Source of the DNA: Candidatus Moraniibacteriota bacterium
GTDB taxonomy: Bacteria; Patescibacteriota; Minisyncoccia; Moranbacterales; UBA1568
Assembly: GCA_052035095.1 (NCBI GenBank)
Contig: JBPOHW010000008.1
Coordinates: 3,060 to 67,059, forward strand
Direction of reading: 5' to 3'
Length of the DNA stretch: 64,000 nt
A program made the position numbers and the translations under genes. Positions 1-9,767 of the stretch are shown one piece after another. The notes below the pieces were generated by a model, which ran no database searches, was not told the DNA's origin, and was given only the letters and a program-made list of their open reading frames with translations. How positions within the stretch are numbered: position 1 is the first letter of the stretch; each line of letters opens with the position of its first letter.

Positions 1-505
1 ATTTTTTTCTCGAGAGATTGAAAACTCGAAGTTGTTTTTTTATACCAATTTCTTTGTAGTGCATAAAAAGATTTTTGATTTCCTCATAGCTTGGAAATAT
101 GCAAAAGCCTGTTTGATTGAGAAAGCTTTTCATCCCGGCGCTATCTTTAACATTGATAAACTTGATGTAAAGTTTGTTTGGAAAGACAGGTATTGTTCTC
201 CAGCGATCACACCCACCGTTTTGATCGATATATCCAAGACGGATTTTTTGAACATGCGGTTTTCCTGCCGTGGTAGGTATTCCTTTCGGGTGGATGTAAA
301 TATATCTAGTAGAAGGTCTGTTAGAAAAATCCCTCACAACTGTTCGAACAAGTTCTCCGCCAACTATGAAGACATCATAGAGAATCGTTTGCAAAAGATA
401 TCGAGGCAAAAGACAGTAGTCATTAGCAATAGTGACAAGCTGAATTTTCTGTTTAATAAGTCTTTCCATAAGACTTGCTGGAATTACAGAATGTTGTAGA
501 CTCAT
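1..505 (-). CDS. Hypothetical protein, 3' end runs off the window
   Basis: Manual translation: ATG at 505, MSLQHSVIPASLMERLIKQK..., open to position 1. Divergent from the HTH gene; absent from the ORF track. Confidence 0.7.
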   Translation of the reverse strand, partial: MSLQHSVIPASLMERLIKQKIQLVTIANDYCLLPRYLLQTILYDVFIVGGELVRTVVRDFSNRPSTRYIYIHPKGIPTTAGKPHVQKIRLGYIDQNGGCDRWRTIPVFPNKLYIKFINVKDSAGMKSFLNQTGFCIFPSYEEIKNLFMHYKEIGIKKQLRVFNLSRKK

Positions 506-520
506 AGTAAGTTGAAACCT

Positions 521-724
521 ATGAAAAGACAACCAAAACCAAAAGAAAAAGCATCAGAGATTCTGACGCTTCAGGAGGCGTGCGAGATTCTGCATTGCCA
601 TCCGAACACGCTTCGCAACTGGGACAACAAAGGATTTTTGAAAGCGATTCGGTTTGGGACACGGGGGGATAGGAGGTATCGGAGGGGAGAGGTGATAGGG
701 ATTCTTGATCGTGGGAAGGAGTGA
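521..724 (+). CDS. Excisionase-like / MerR-type helix-turn-helix protein
   Basis: LTLQEACEILHCHPNTLRNWDNKGFL...GDRRYR pattern, 67 aa. Confidence 0.85.
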   Translation: MKRQPKPKEKASEILTLQEACEILHCHPNTLRNWDNKGFLKAIRFGTRGDRRYRRGEVIGILDRGKE

Positions 725-743
725 TTCTTACAAAGAGGATAAT

Positions 744-3700
744 ATGAAATGGATCAACGCTAGCGACATCACGAATTGGGCGAATACAAACCAAAGACAA
801 TGTCAGGATACATTGCCGGAGTTGGTGCGTCGTCTTATTTTGGCTCACACCGTAAACGCCGTTGATAAATTTGATTTCCCCAGCGGCGATAGCGTCGCTA
901 CCGGTGGATGGGATGGTCGTCTTAAGACACCTGTTGTTTCGCCATTCTTTCCAAGCAGCCATTCCGGCTGGGAAATCGGAACTGAAAAGTCAGCTCAAAA
1001 AAAAGCAGAAGCAGACTATACAAAGCGAAGTGCGGATCCGTTAGGAATGGTACTCAATGAGACAACGTTTGTTTTTGTTACTCCACGATCGTTTCCAAAA
1101 CGTGCAAACTGGCAAAGCACAAAACAATCCACCAACACATGGAAAGATGTCAAAGTTATTGCCGCTGATGGATTAGAGCAATGGCTTGATAATACGCCAG
1201 CCGTTGCTTCGTGGTTTGCCCGTAAGATCAGCAAGGTCGTCTCGAATGGTATTCGGGATATTGAGGCTGTTTGGGAAGAGTGGTCGATAGGAACGAAGCC
1301 GGTGATGACACCAGCTCTCGTAATAGGTGGACGCACGACAGACGTCGAAGCCATTCAGAAATGGATCGCCGAAGCGCCGAGAATTCTTGAGGTACGAGGT
1401 GATCATCCAGATGAGGCATTTGCTTTTCTTTATGCTTCCATTGCAATGCTCCCCGAGACTGAAAGAGCACAGACGTTGGCTCGATGTTTAGTTGTTGAGA
1501 ATATCGGCGAGTTACGGGAATTAACCCAAGCTTTTCAAAATTATCCACTAATCATCGCTGCACCCGGCGAATGTATCAACGCCGCTTCTCTCGCTGTTTC
1601 CAAAGGCCACCATGTATTTATAAGCATGAACGCAACAGTTATTGGTTTTAGGGATATTCTTCGACTAGCTCGGCCGCAACGCGGTGCGGTAGAAAATATT
1701 TTACATGAGGGCGGCTTATCAGAAGCTGACGCACAGCGCATGGCCAGGGATTCCGGGCGTAGTATTCCCGTACTTCGCCGACATTTATTTCAATCCAATG
1801 CCGTTAGTGCTCCGGTATGGGCTAATGCCAAATCAGCACGGATACTCTTACCAGTTTTATTTGCCAACGCATGGGATGAGTACAAAGACGGAGATCGCAA
1901 AGTAATAGAGACCCTTTCCGGTATGAGCCATGACGACTTTGTTAAAGCTCTCACCCCTTTTTTATCTGTAGACGATTCTCCCATTCGCAAGGTTGGTAGT
2001 GTTTGGATGATCAAGTCTCCCTTGGACGCATGGTTTCTTCTCGCGCCACATCTTACACAGGATTCCTTAAAACTTTTTGAGCAGTCTTTATTGGGCGTCC
2101 TCACAAAGACAGATCCAAAATACGAATTGGAGGCGGACAAGCGATGGGCAGCTGCAATATATGGTAAATCAAATGCGTATTCTGAATGGCTTCGGAGTGG
2201 CTTTGTTGAATCGTTGGTGCTTCTTACCGTTTTCGGCAATCGCTCCCCACAAGTCCCATCCACACAGACGTTTGCGGATCATGTTGTCAAACAAGTATTT
2301 GCCACAGCGGATAAATGGGAGGCATGGGCTTCGATAAAGGACGCAACCCCATTATTTTCAGAAGCCGCACCGGATACATTCATGGAGGCGGTCGAACAAG
2401 GTATCGCAAAAACCCCGACTATCTTCCAAGAATTAATGAAGGATAGTGGGAGTGTATTTGGAGAGTGTCATCATTCCGGTCTTCTTTGGGCACTTGAGAG
2501 TATAGCGTGGAGTCAAGATTATTTTGCGCGAGCTGTAAACGTTTTGGTGGAGTTAGCCAATATAGATCCAGGCGGCAAATGGAGCAATCGAGCAATAAAT
2601 AGTATTAAAAACGTTTTCTTGCCACGTTTTCCGCAAACATACGCTACACCGGAACAACGTCTTGCGGCTTTGGATTCCCTTATCGCCAAATTTCCTAAAA
2701 AAGTTTGGGAATTCTCGCAAGGTTATTACAGTGGCGGAAGTTTTAGTGAATCACATCGCTTTCGTTGGCGCGACGCCGGTGGCAATCGCCGCGGATTGGA
2801 GCCGGAAGATAATGAGAACAATCGCGAATATCTCAATGCTCTCCTCCCCAAATTAATTGATCTTGCTGTTGCAAAAGAAAATCTCATAGCTTCTGCCGAT
2901 GAATTCACACAACTGCCGGACGATATACAGGAGCGATTACTTGGTGTACTTGAAAAAACAGATCCCGCTACTTTTTCAAAAGATGAACGTGCAAAGCTTC
3001 TGCAATGTATCCGAGAGGCATTGAATTGGACAAATAGCTACGGTGATGAAGATCGTCGCAAACAAGTGCCAGCTCTTAATCGAGTCTTGGAAAGATTCAC
3101 GCCGGAGGATGTGATTGAGCGTGTGGGTTGGTTATTGGGCAATCCGTGGCCACGGTTACCACAAGGAGAGCCTAAACAATATGACGCCAAAGATACAGCT
3201 GTTAAAACGGCGCAACAAGAAGCCGCACGCGAGGTACTGGATAAAGCGTCTTTGGATGAAATTTTTAAATTTGCCGGTACGATTCAGTATCAGGGAATTC
3301 TCGGTCATTCTCTCGCAAAAGCGGTGCGTGATGAAAAAGAGGATAGTACTGTGTTAGATGGCATATTGTCCCATATTACTGATATGCCGATTCTCATTCG
3401 GGGATACGCTGATGGCCGAGTTGAAGTTGCCGGGCCCGGTTGGATAGATACGCAGATCGAGAGAATGAAAACAAAAGGAAACTATTCGCCGCAGGCATGT
3501 GCGCTTCTGTATTTTGGTATACCAGAGGGTGCATCTACATGGTCGGCAGTTTCCGCCCATGGCAAAGATGTTGAGAGTACATATTGGAAGCAAGCAAGCG
3601 GATTCTCACAGACCAGTAAAGCAGATGATACTCCCATTGCCGTTGAAAAGTTATTGGATGTTAAACGACCGGAGGCCGCACTTCAAATTGCTGGTGATCC

Positions 3701-4532
3701 CCAAGTATCTATTCCAAGTGCGTTACTCCAACGATTGCTCCAAGAGCTTCTGATGATGGAAGATAAAAAGCTTCGTGCTGGAGTAATGGAAGAATTTCAT
3801 TTGGGGCACGTATTCAATCAGCTGTACGAAAAGAACGAACTATCAATTGAAGAAATGGCAAAATTAGAATGGCCATTTGCCGCACTCTTTGAGGAACTCA
3901 AGCAGTACACTTCTCATCCAATGGCACTTCATCGTGTTCTACAAAAAGATCCTCAATTTTTCTCCCAACTTATTACATTCATCTACAAACGAGATGATCA
4001 TGCGCCGGATTCTACTCGTGGCGATGTAGATGAGGAAACGGCGGAGCGACGCGCGCGCGTCGCTCATGAAGTCTTGAATTCTTGGTATCTCATACCCGGG
4101 TTAAAAGAGGACGGTACGCTTGATGAAAAAGAACTTACCGAATGGGTTGAGGCGGCACGCAAACAATGCACAGAAACCAATCATATAATAGGGTGCGATT
4201 TGCAGATTGGCTTCATGTTTGCTCATATACCGGGAGATCCCGACGGCACATGGCCACACGTTGGTGTTCGCAACCTTATAGAGCGCCTAAACAACGAAAC
4301 TATTGATCGGCATATTCAAAATGAGATTTATAATAGTCGCGGCGTTGTTTCAAAGAGCATCAATGACGGAGGTAAACAAGAGCGAGCACTTTCTGAAAAG
4401 TATAAAAAAATGAGCGAAGCCGTTAATTCAAAATGGCCACGTACCGCCGCCATGCTTCGCTCGATAGCTAAATCTTACGAACAACAAGCCAAGAGCGAGG
4501 ATATTGATTCAGATTTATATGATGTACGATAG
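744..4532 (+). CDS. Large protein (1262 aa): N-terminal restriction-endonuclease-like domain, degenerate NTPase-like region, helical repeats; candidate defence protein
   Basis: GAGG RBS before ATG 744; N-terminal LPELVRRLI..GWDG..GWEIG..K..DY motifs; long helical C-terminus. Confidence 0.6.
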   Translation: MKWINASDITNWANTNQRQCQDTLPELVRRLILAHTVNAVDKFDFPSGDSVATGGWDGRLKTPVVSPFFPSSHSGWEIGTEKSAQKKAEADYTKRSADPLGMVLNETTFVFVTPRSFPKRANWQSTKQSTNTWKDVKVIAADGLEQWLDNTPAVASWFARKISKVVSNGIRDIEAVWEEWSIGTKPVMTPALVIGGRTTDVEAIQKWIAEAPRILEVRGDHPDEAFAFLYASIAMLPETERAQTLARCLVVENIGELRELTQAFQNYPLIIAAPGECINAASLAVSKGHHVFISMNATVIGFRDILRLARPQRGAVENILHEGGLSEADAQRMARDSGRSIPVLRRHLFQSNAVSAPVWANAKSARILLPVLFANAWDEYKDGDRKVIETLSGMSHDDFVKALTPFLSVDDSPIRKVGSVWMIKSPLDAWFLLAPHLTQDSLKLFEQSLLGVLTKTDPKYELEADKRWAAAIYGKSNAYSEWLRSGFVESLVLLTVFGNRSPQVPSTQTFADHVVKQVFATADKWEAWASIKDATPLFSEAAPDTFMEAVEQGIAKTPTIFQELMKDSGSVFGECHHSGLLWALESIAWSQDYFARAVNVLVELANIDPGGKWSNRAINSIKNVFLPRFPQTYATPEQRLAALDSLIAKFPKKVWEFSQGYYSGGSFSESHRFRWRDAGGNRRGLEPEDNENNREYLNALLPKLIDLAVAKENLIASADEFTQLPDDIQERLLGVLEKTDPATFSKDERAKLLQCIREALNWTNSYGDEDRRKQVPALNRVLERFTPEDVIERVGWLLGNPWPRLPQGEPKQYDAKDTAVKTAQQEAAREVLDKASLDEIFKFAGTIQYQGILGHSLAKAVRDEKEDSTVLDGILSHITDMPILIRGYADGRVEVAGPGWIDTQIERMKTKGNYSPQACALLYFGIPEGASTWSAVSAHGKDVESTYWKQASGFSQTSKADDTPIAVEKLLDVKRPEAALQIAGDPQVSIPSALLQRLLQELLMMEDKKLRAGVMEEFHLGHVFNQLYEKNELSIEEMAKLEWPFAALFEELKQYTSHPMALHRVLQKDPQFFSQLITFIYKRDDHAPDSTRGDVDEETAERRARVAHEVLNSWYLIPGLKEDGTLDEKELTEWVEAARKQCTETNHIIGCDLQIGFMFAHIPGDPDGTWPHVGVRNLIERLNNETIDRHIQNEIYNSRGVVSKSINDGGKQERALSEKYKKMSEAVNSKWPRTAAMLRSIAKSYEQQAKSEDIDSDLYDVR

Positions 4533-4554
4533 ATTCAGAAATGACATTCGTTCT

Positions 4555-4596
4555 AAAAAATATCCGAGCCGTCAACCAAATCGGCTCGGATATTTT
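4555..4596. terminator. Bidirectional intrinsic terminator
   Basis: AAAAATATCCGAGCCG / CGGCTCGGATATTTTT inverted repeat between convergent genes. Confidence 0.85.
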
Positions 4597-4613
4597 TCTT
4601 TGTTTTCATTTTT

Positions 4614-5093
4614 TCATTCACGAATACCAATAACCTTGATCAGCGATAACACCTCTCCGATTTTTACTTCTCTCACCTCACCGACAGACGCGCCCATAAG
4701 CGGAGCCACGAAAGGCGCGGCGTAGGAAAATTCGTTCGGGTCTGTTTTTTCGAGAACCATGTAGCTCCCAACGACGACAACTTTTTCCTCGTGAGTATCC
4801 GTGTTCTGTATTGTGACTTTTGATCCGAGAGAGACATGCTTCGCGTGAACTGACGGCTCAACTATTTCAGCCCGTGCGTAAACTTTTTTCAATTCTTCGA
4901 GCGTACTGGCAAGCCTTTTTCTTTCCCGATCGGCTTCTTCAAAACCGTAGTTGTCATGCCACGTTTCCGAGCTCTGATGCGACATTTCCCCAACTTCAAA
5001 ACCAACCGTTTTCAGATTGTTTTTGAGCGCGTCGATATTTTTCTCAAGCGCCAAATAATCTTTTCGAAGAAAAAGGAATGATGCGTCTTTCAT
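4614..5093 (-). CDS. GreA/GreB-family protein, atypical tip ETWHDN
   Basis: N-terminal coiled coil; VSLGSKVTI...SYAAPFVAPLMGASVGE C-terminal domain. Confidence 0.85.
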   Translation of the reverse strand: MKDASFLFLRKDYLALEKNIDALKNNLKTVGFEVGEMSHQSSETWHDNYGFEEADRERKRLASTLEELKKVYARAEIVEPSVHAKHVSLGSKVTIQNTDTHEEKVVVVGSYMVLEKTDPNEFSYAAPFVAPLMGASVGEVREVKIGEVLSLIKVIGIRE

Positions 5094-5617
5094 ATTGAAG
5101 ACTGTTCAATCTCAAGCATGAGAGCGACATATCCCTTTCGAATAATATTATCGCTTTGAATCCCGAGACTTACAAGAAGATTCATTATTTTTTCCTCTAT
5201 ATTTTCTCGACTCTCTTCATCGCCTCGCCCTTCGATCTCAACAAAGACTCCGAGATTTTCTATTTCATCAACATTGATTTCAAAATCTTCAAGACGATAG
5301 CTTGCTCGGCGTTTCTTGATTTCAACCACCTTTACATAGCCGCTCCCAAGAAGAAGCTGTTGGAGACCGTCGGAATCAGTGAGCGGAATATCAATATCCG
5401 GCCACGCGGTATCGTCGCCCAGAGCCTTGCCCTTGAACGTTAGTAATGACCCGTTTTCCTTCCGCCGAATACGCAAAATGAGCGAGCGATCTCTGTCGCT
5501 TTCATGGCGAAGATAAAAATCATGTTCGTTTGACGTTCCCCTGTGCTCTGCTTGTGTCGCCAAGGCGTTCCTTATTGCGTCGGGATCGTCAACGCTTGCC
5601 CGGAGCTCTATTTCCAT
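5090..5617 (-). CDS. CYTH-domain (class IV adenylate cyclase / triphosphate tunnel) protein
   Basis: MEIELR, LRIR, LTFKG, KKRR, D..ENLGVFVEIE motifs. Confidence 0.9.
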   Translation of the reverse strand: MEIELRASVDDPDAIRNALATQAEHRGTSNEHDFYLRHESDRDRSLILRIRRKENGSLLTFKGKALGDDTAWPDIDIPLTDSDGLQQLLLGSGYVKVVEIKKRRASYRLEDFEINVDEIENLGVFVEIEGRGDEESRENIEEKIMNLLVSLGIQSDNIIRKGYVALMLEIEQSSI

Positions 5618-5714
5618 AAATATGGCTTTACTTGAGGGAATGTTAGCGCATTTTTCTCAAAAAGAAAAGGCTAGCGCGTTGCGTTAGCCTCTGGTTTGTT
5701 GTGAGCTTTCTTTC

Positions 5715-6671
5715 CTACAGTTCTTTGCTCAATTCTTGAGCAATAGGGTGAGAAAAGTAGGCGTGAATCGGAAGAGAGAATGGCGGACCATCGCGGTGTA
5801 CGCAGTTTCGTACCATGAGCATTCCACGTTCCATTTCAAGTCTCGGACCGTACGCGAATTCATAGCACCCGCCATATATCCTCAGTTCGCAATTGGCGCA
5901 CATGCCTTCCAAAAAATGTGGCTGGATGAGTTTCAATTTGAAGGCAAACCCGTCTTCACAGCGCATATCAATGGAACAGCTCGAGCGTCCCCGAATGACA
6001 GACGCCCGCGTCGGAGTTGCTCCAAGCGTTTGGCACGCTCTTGCGAGAGAGGCATACGAGATTTCCGGAATTTCCAGCACGTTCATGAGACGCCACGAAA
6101 TATCTCTGTGTCTCACAAAGTCAGCAAGCGCGATCGCCGGCTGTTCCGTTTCGCCAATGCATGTATTGATCTTGAGACGAACCTTTCCATTGAGAGTCTC
6201 AATGAGATTGATTTGTTTCTCAAGCGCCTTTTTGCCCCACGCCGCATCTTTGGGCGGTGACATTATCTTCCCCAATTCCGCTGGGTCAAGAGTGTGAACG
6301 CTCATGTTGAGCTCATCGAGTCCCGACCATATGCACTCGAAATATCGCGAGTGCTTTGCCTGTCCGTTCGTTGTCATCTTCACTGTGAATCCCAAGCTCT
6401 TTGCCTTCACAATGAACTGGGTGATCTCGGGATGAATTGATGGCTCACCTCCGGTGAAATGCACTTCGGTAAATCCGAAGCGATCACGGAAGCGTACAAG
6501 CACATCGGAAAACTGCTTGTCATTCCGAATCGGTTGCGATGAGGGGTTGCCTTCCATGTGACAGAAATTGCATGTCCACTGGCACGGCACATGAAGCTTC
6601 ACGCGGAGGCTGTTGAGACGAGTCGTCTCTACTTTTCCCTGCGAAAGCAATTCTTCAAAAACATCATACAT
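5715..6671 (-). CDS. Radical SAM protein, MoaA-like clade
   Basis: CQWTCNFC, FTGGEP, TTNG; C-terminal CANC...C...C; lacks the MoaA terminal GG. Confidence 0.9.
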   Translation of the reverse strand: MYDVFEELLSQGKVETTRLNSLRVKLHVPCQWTCNFCHMEGNPSSQPIRNDKQFSDVLVRFRDRFGFTEVHFTGGEPSIHPEITQFIVKAKSLGFTVKMTTNGQAKHSRYFECIWSGLDELNMSVHTLDPAELGKIMSPPKDAAWGKKALEKQINLIETLNGKVRLKINTCIGETEQPAIALADFVRHRDISWRLMNVLEIPEISYASLARACQTLGATPTRASVIRGRSSCSIDMRCEDGFAFKLKLIQPHFLEGMCANCELRIYGGCYEFAYGPRLEMERGMLMVRNCVHRDGPPFSLPIHAYFSHPIAQELSKEL

Positions 6672-6673
6672 GA

Positions 6674-7249
6674 TTATCGCTCCTGTAAAAGCAATGACAC
6701 TTGCGCCTCGACTTGCTCCGCCGAGAGGTGATCGGTTTCAAGCACAAGCGACCATTGATGAGAATCCATGAAAGCCTTCTGCGCTCGATCAAGCAATCCG
6801 ACAGACTGCTCGATACGCTGATCATAGTCCTGCGATCCATCTCGCTTGTTTCTCCTTTCGGTTCTCGTTTTCGACGTAGCCGTAAGGAGTACGGAAACCG
6901 TCGACCAGAGAATGGGCAATTTTTCGGTATTTACAGAAGATACATCTACGCCAAGCACATGGTGCATGACGAGAGTCGAGTGAATATACCGATCAATAAC
7001 AACGCTCCTCCTCAAATCGATATCCGATCGGATTTTTCTCTGAACGGCAATAACCGAAGTAAGATAGTAGAAAAACCGAGTGTTTGAATCATCCAAAGAC
7101 TCTATCTCTTTGCGAATTGTTGAAAGAGGCGGTTGCGGCGTGTAGAGATATCGGAAACCGAGTTTTGAAGCGATGGCTTTGGCAAGGGTTGTTTTACCAA
7201 CACAATCCACACCCTCTACAACCAGAATTACCGGACTGGCATTTTGCAT
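6674..7249 (-). CDS. Thymidylate-kinase-like nucleotide kinase
   Basis: VEGVDCVGKTT P-loop, VIDRYIHST. Confidence 0.85.
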   Translation of the reverse strand: MQNASPVILVVEGVDCVGKTTLAKAIASKLGFRYLYTPQPPLSTIRKEIESLDDSNTRFFYYLTSVIAVQRKIRSDIDLRRSVVIDRYIHSTLVMHHVLGVDVSSVNTEKLPILWSTVSVLLTATSKTRTERRNKRDGSQDYDQRIEQSVGLLDRAQKAFMDSHQWSLVLETDHLSAEQVEAQVSLLLQER

Positions 7250-7264
7250 GAGCGTTCTCCGCTA

Positions 7265-7762
7265 TCATTGAATTTCGCTGATTTCCCATGCTCCTTTGAG
7301 CACAGAACATTCGATCTCTTCTCCGTTTCCTTTTCCGAAAAGCGCTTTGCCAATCGGAGAAGATGGGCTTATCGCTGAAACTTTTTCACCCCCATAAGAG
7401 GGGTGCAAAAAAACTCCGCCACCTGCTCCTTCAGAAACGAGAAGAAACAGTTTTCTTTCCGCAGTATCAATATTCTCAATAGCCACTACAGAGCCGATAG
7501 AAACCTGATTGGAAACATCAGCATCTCTCTGGAGAAGGCTCTCAAGTAAAGCGAGAACAGTTTTTGCTTCAAGCAATCGCTTATTCTGCCCGCCCGCGAG
7601 ATATTGAGCTTCTTCGAGAAAAGTATCATAGCGAGAAATCATCGCGCCTTCCGCTTCTTGCGCGTCTTTGAGTGACACTTGTCTCGCTTGCTCGGTTCTT
7701 TCGATCTCTTCTCTCTTGTTCGCGATAATCTGCGCGAACAAGATTTTTGCTGTTTCGTGCAT
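7265..7762 (-). CDS. GreA/GreB-family protein, atypical tip SRYDT
   Basis: Coiled coil; VSIGSVV...ISPSSPIGKALFGK. Confidence 0.85.
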   Translation of the reverse strand: MHETAKILFAQIIANKREEIERTEQARQVSLKDAQEAEGAMISRYDTFLEEAQYLAGGQNKRLLEAKTVLALLESLLQRDADVSNQVSIGSVVAIENIDTAERKLFLLVSEGAGGGVFLHPSYGGEKVSAISPSSPIGKALFGKGNGEEIECSVLKGAWEISEIQ

Positions 7763-7909
7763 GATTCTCTCCTTTTTTTCTCTTCAATTAGTAAGATACT
7801 CGTCTTAAAATTAAGACCTCGTACAATAGCACGTTTAATAATTATAAGTCAATATCCGTGACTATTTTATGGCTTTACTGTGGAATTTTCGCGTAAATTA
7901 GTCAAAAAA

Positions 7910-8029
7910 CTACCCCATCATAAGTCGCTCCATCCGTTCCTGCAAAACTTTCAGCCCATTGCCACATTCAAGCCAGTTTGAGAGAATACGAAGGAAGAAA
8001 TCGTTCCCATGTGTACTCCCCTGTTTCAG
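7910..8029 (+). repeat. Long att-like repeat R1
   Basis: Shares CAGCCCATTGCCACATTCRAGCCAKTTTGAGAGAATACG with 9635-9755 and 12182-12284; degenerate core GTTTCAG. Confidence 0.9.
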
Positions 8030-8199
8030 TAGTTGAAAAAGGATGCAGGACTTTTTCTATTTCCAAAGCAACTCAAAAAATAACTTATACACCGCGCATC
8101 ATAAAGCCGGACAGAATAAACTTCCCGTCCTTTTACTTGAAGCAAATTCTTTGTTTGAAAAGTTCGCTTTCATAATGTTTGCGGTATAGTCAAACTTTT

Positions 8200-8535
8200 A
8201 TGGAGAAGAAAACTTTTATTGTAGGCTCAGTGCTATTGGTTACGATGGCAGTGCTTTTTGACGGCTTTATGAGCACAGCATACCTATTAGGAAGTTTCGT
8301 CTTATGTTGGGCAGTTTATTATGGAGTTAGATATACAGGGTTAACTCGAGCAAAGAGTATTAATCCAAAACAAATAGTTCACATGGCGCTTGCAACTTCA
8401 ATCCTGATTCTGACAGGTATCACATTTATTTTCGGAACAGGAATCAACTTAATTGTCTATGCCGTCTGGCTCGTCTTCTTCTATTGGCACGAGTTGTCTT
8501 CCTTGAAACTAAAAAAAACTGCTTTGATTGAATAG
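8200..8535 (+). CDS. Small multi-TM membrane protein (cassette cargo)
   Basis: About four hydrophobic segments. Confidence 0.7.
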   Translation: MEKKTFIVGSVLLVTMAVLFDGFMSTAYLLGSFVLCWAVYYGVRYTGLTRAKSINPKQIVHMALATSILILTGITFIFGTGINLIVYAVWLVFFYWHELSSLKLKKTALIE

Positions 8536-8635
8536 TTTTTTACTTCATTGACATCAAATGATTCTTCATCTTTTTTGGATTATTGATTTATAAATGTGGA
8601 ATCGAGACACAATTATACTTTGAAATGAGGACATT

Positions 8636-9205
8636 ATGATTGATACTACTCTTTACATTTTTGTTATTTATCCACTGGGCATCTTCATAGGCTTCGCCTC
8701 TTTTACGATGATATGGATGCCTATTCTAATTGGGATACCAATGGCCACCTACTGGTCATTGAAAGGGTGTGTACGATATAGAAGCATATTCTCCTATATA
8801 CCAAGTATTATATTTGGTTTTGTTTTATTCACACTTATTGGCTTTTTCTTTTTGAGAATTCTTCCTGCAATTGGAGAGAACAATGGATTTTATGTGGCGC
8901 AAATAATCGGCAGTCTATTTGCACTATTTTATTGCTTAAAGAAAATGGGCAGGCGTGATGTTCAACTTGATTTTTGGACGAAAATGTTGAAGAACAAATA
9001 CATGATCTACGAACACCCTATAATTGCCGAGAAGCTTCAGTTTTTATTCGAAGAAAGATTCGGAGAAGATGCCAAAAAAATGGCTACTCAACTTATGATG
9101 GAAACGAAAGCGAAGAGAATTGATGAGCTTATAGAAAAAAGAGAAGCGTTAAAAAAGCAGATTCTTGAAAAAGTTGAAAAAAAGAAGCAAGACGGCGAAT
9201 GGTAA
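8636..9205 (+). CDS. Membrane protein (cassette cargo)
   Basis: GAGGA RBS, hydrophobic N-terminal half, charged tail. Confidence 0.75.
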   Translation: MIDTTLYIFVIYPLGIFIGFASFTMIWMPILIGIPMATYWSLKGCVRYRSIFSYIPSIIFGFVLFTLIGFFFLRILPAIGENNGFYVAQIIGSLFALFYCLKKMGRRDVQLDFWTKMLKNKYMIYEHPIIAEKLQFLFEERFGEDAKKMATQLMMETKAKRIDELIEKREALKKQILEKVEKKKQDGEW

Positions 9206-9648
9206 GTTCAAACACAAGTATTGTGAAAAACCTCTACCTCGACATTGACGGGGTGATTCTTGATAAACGAGGATGTCCCGCCTACGGCTTGGAAGGTTTT
9301 TTACGCTTTGCAATAGTCCACTTCTCTTGTTTTTGGCTCACGACGCACTGTAGCGGAAATGCGAAACTAACCTTATCCTATCTCACGTCCAAGGTGCCAA
9401 AAGAAGCTTTGGAATTGATGTCAGGCATCCGACCAACCGCATGGAGCCTTTGGAAAACAGAGGCTATAGACTTCACCAAACCATTCTATTGGCTCGATGA
9501 TTATGCCTTTGATGGAGAAAGAAAAGTCTTACGAGAACATAGATGCGAATCCTCCCTTATCTTGATAAATCTTGAGACAAACCCGAAGCAACTGGAGGCA
9601 TTGTGTAAGCAACTGAAAGAGACATTTTCAGTGGCTACCTCGCCATAA
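9199..9648 (+). CDS. HAD-superfamily hydrolase-like protein
   Basis: LYLDIDGV (DxD), WLTT, K, WLDD motifs. Confidence 0.8.
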   Translation: MVSSNTSIVKNLYLDIDGVILDKRGCPAYGLEGFLRFAIVHFSCFWLTTHCSGNAKLTLSYLTSKVPKEALELMSGIRPTAWSLWKTEAIDFTKPFYWLDDYAFDGERKVLREHRCESSLILINLETNPKQLEALCKQLKETFSVATSP

Positions 9649-9755
9649 TCCGTTCCATCCGCTCACAAATTACCTCCAGCCCATTGCCACATTCGAGCCA
9701 TTTTGAGAGAATACGGGGGCAGAAATTGTTCCCATGTGTACCCCATCGTCCCAGC
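9635..9755 (+). repeat. Long att-like repeat R2 ending GTCCCAGC
   Basis: Colinear with R1 over 120 nt. Confidence 0.9.
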
Positions 9756-9767
9756 AAAATAAATTGT

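Noticed and set aside
32-499. Plus-strand 155-aa ORF
   Set aside because: Antisense to a longer minus-strand frame with an ATG start; likely a shadow ORF.
5715-6671. Calling the radical SAM moaA or viperin
   Set aside because: Lacks the MoaA terminal GG and Moco context; viperin-specific motifs cannot be confirmed by eye.
9684-9767. N-terminal extensions MPHSS.FERIRG.K on ORFs 9684 and 12210
   Set aside because: They are translations of the repeat; the likely starts are ATG 9768 and 12291.
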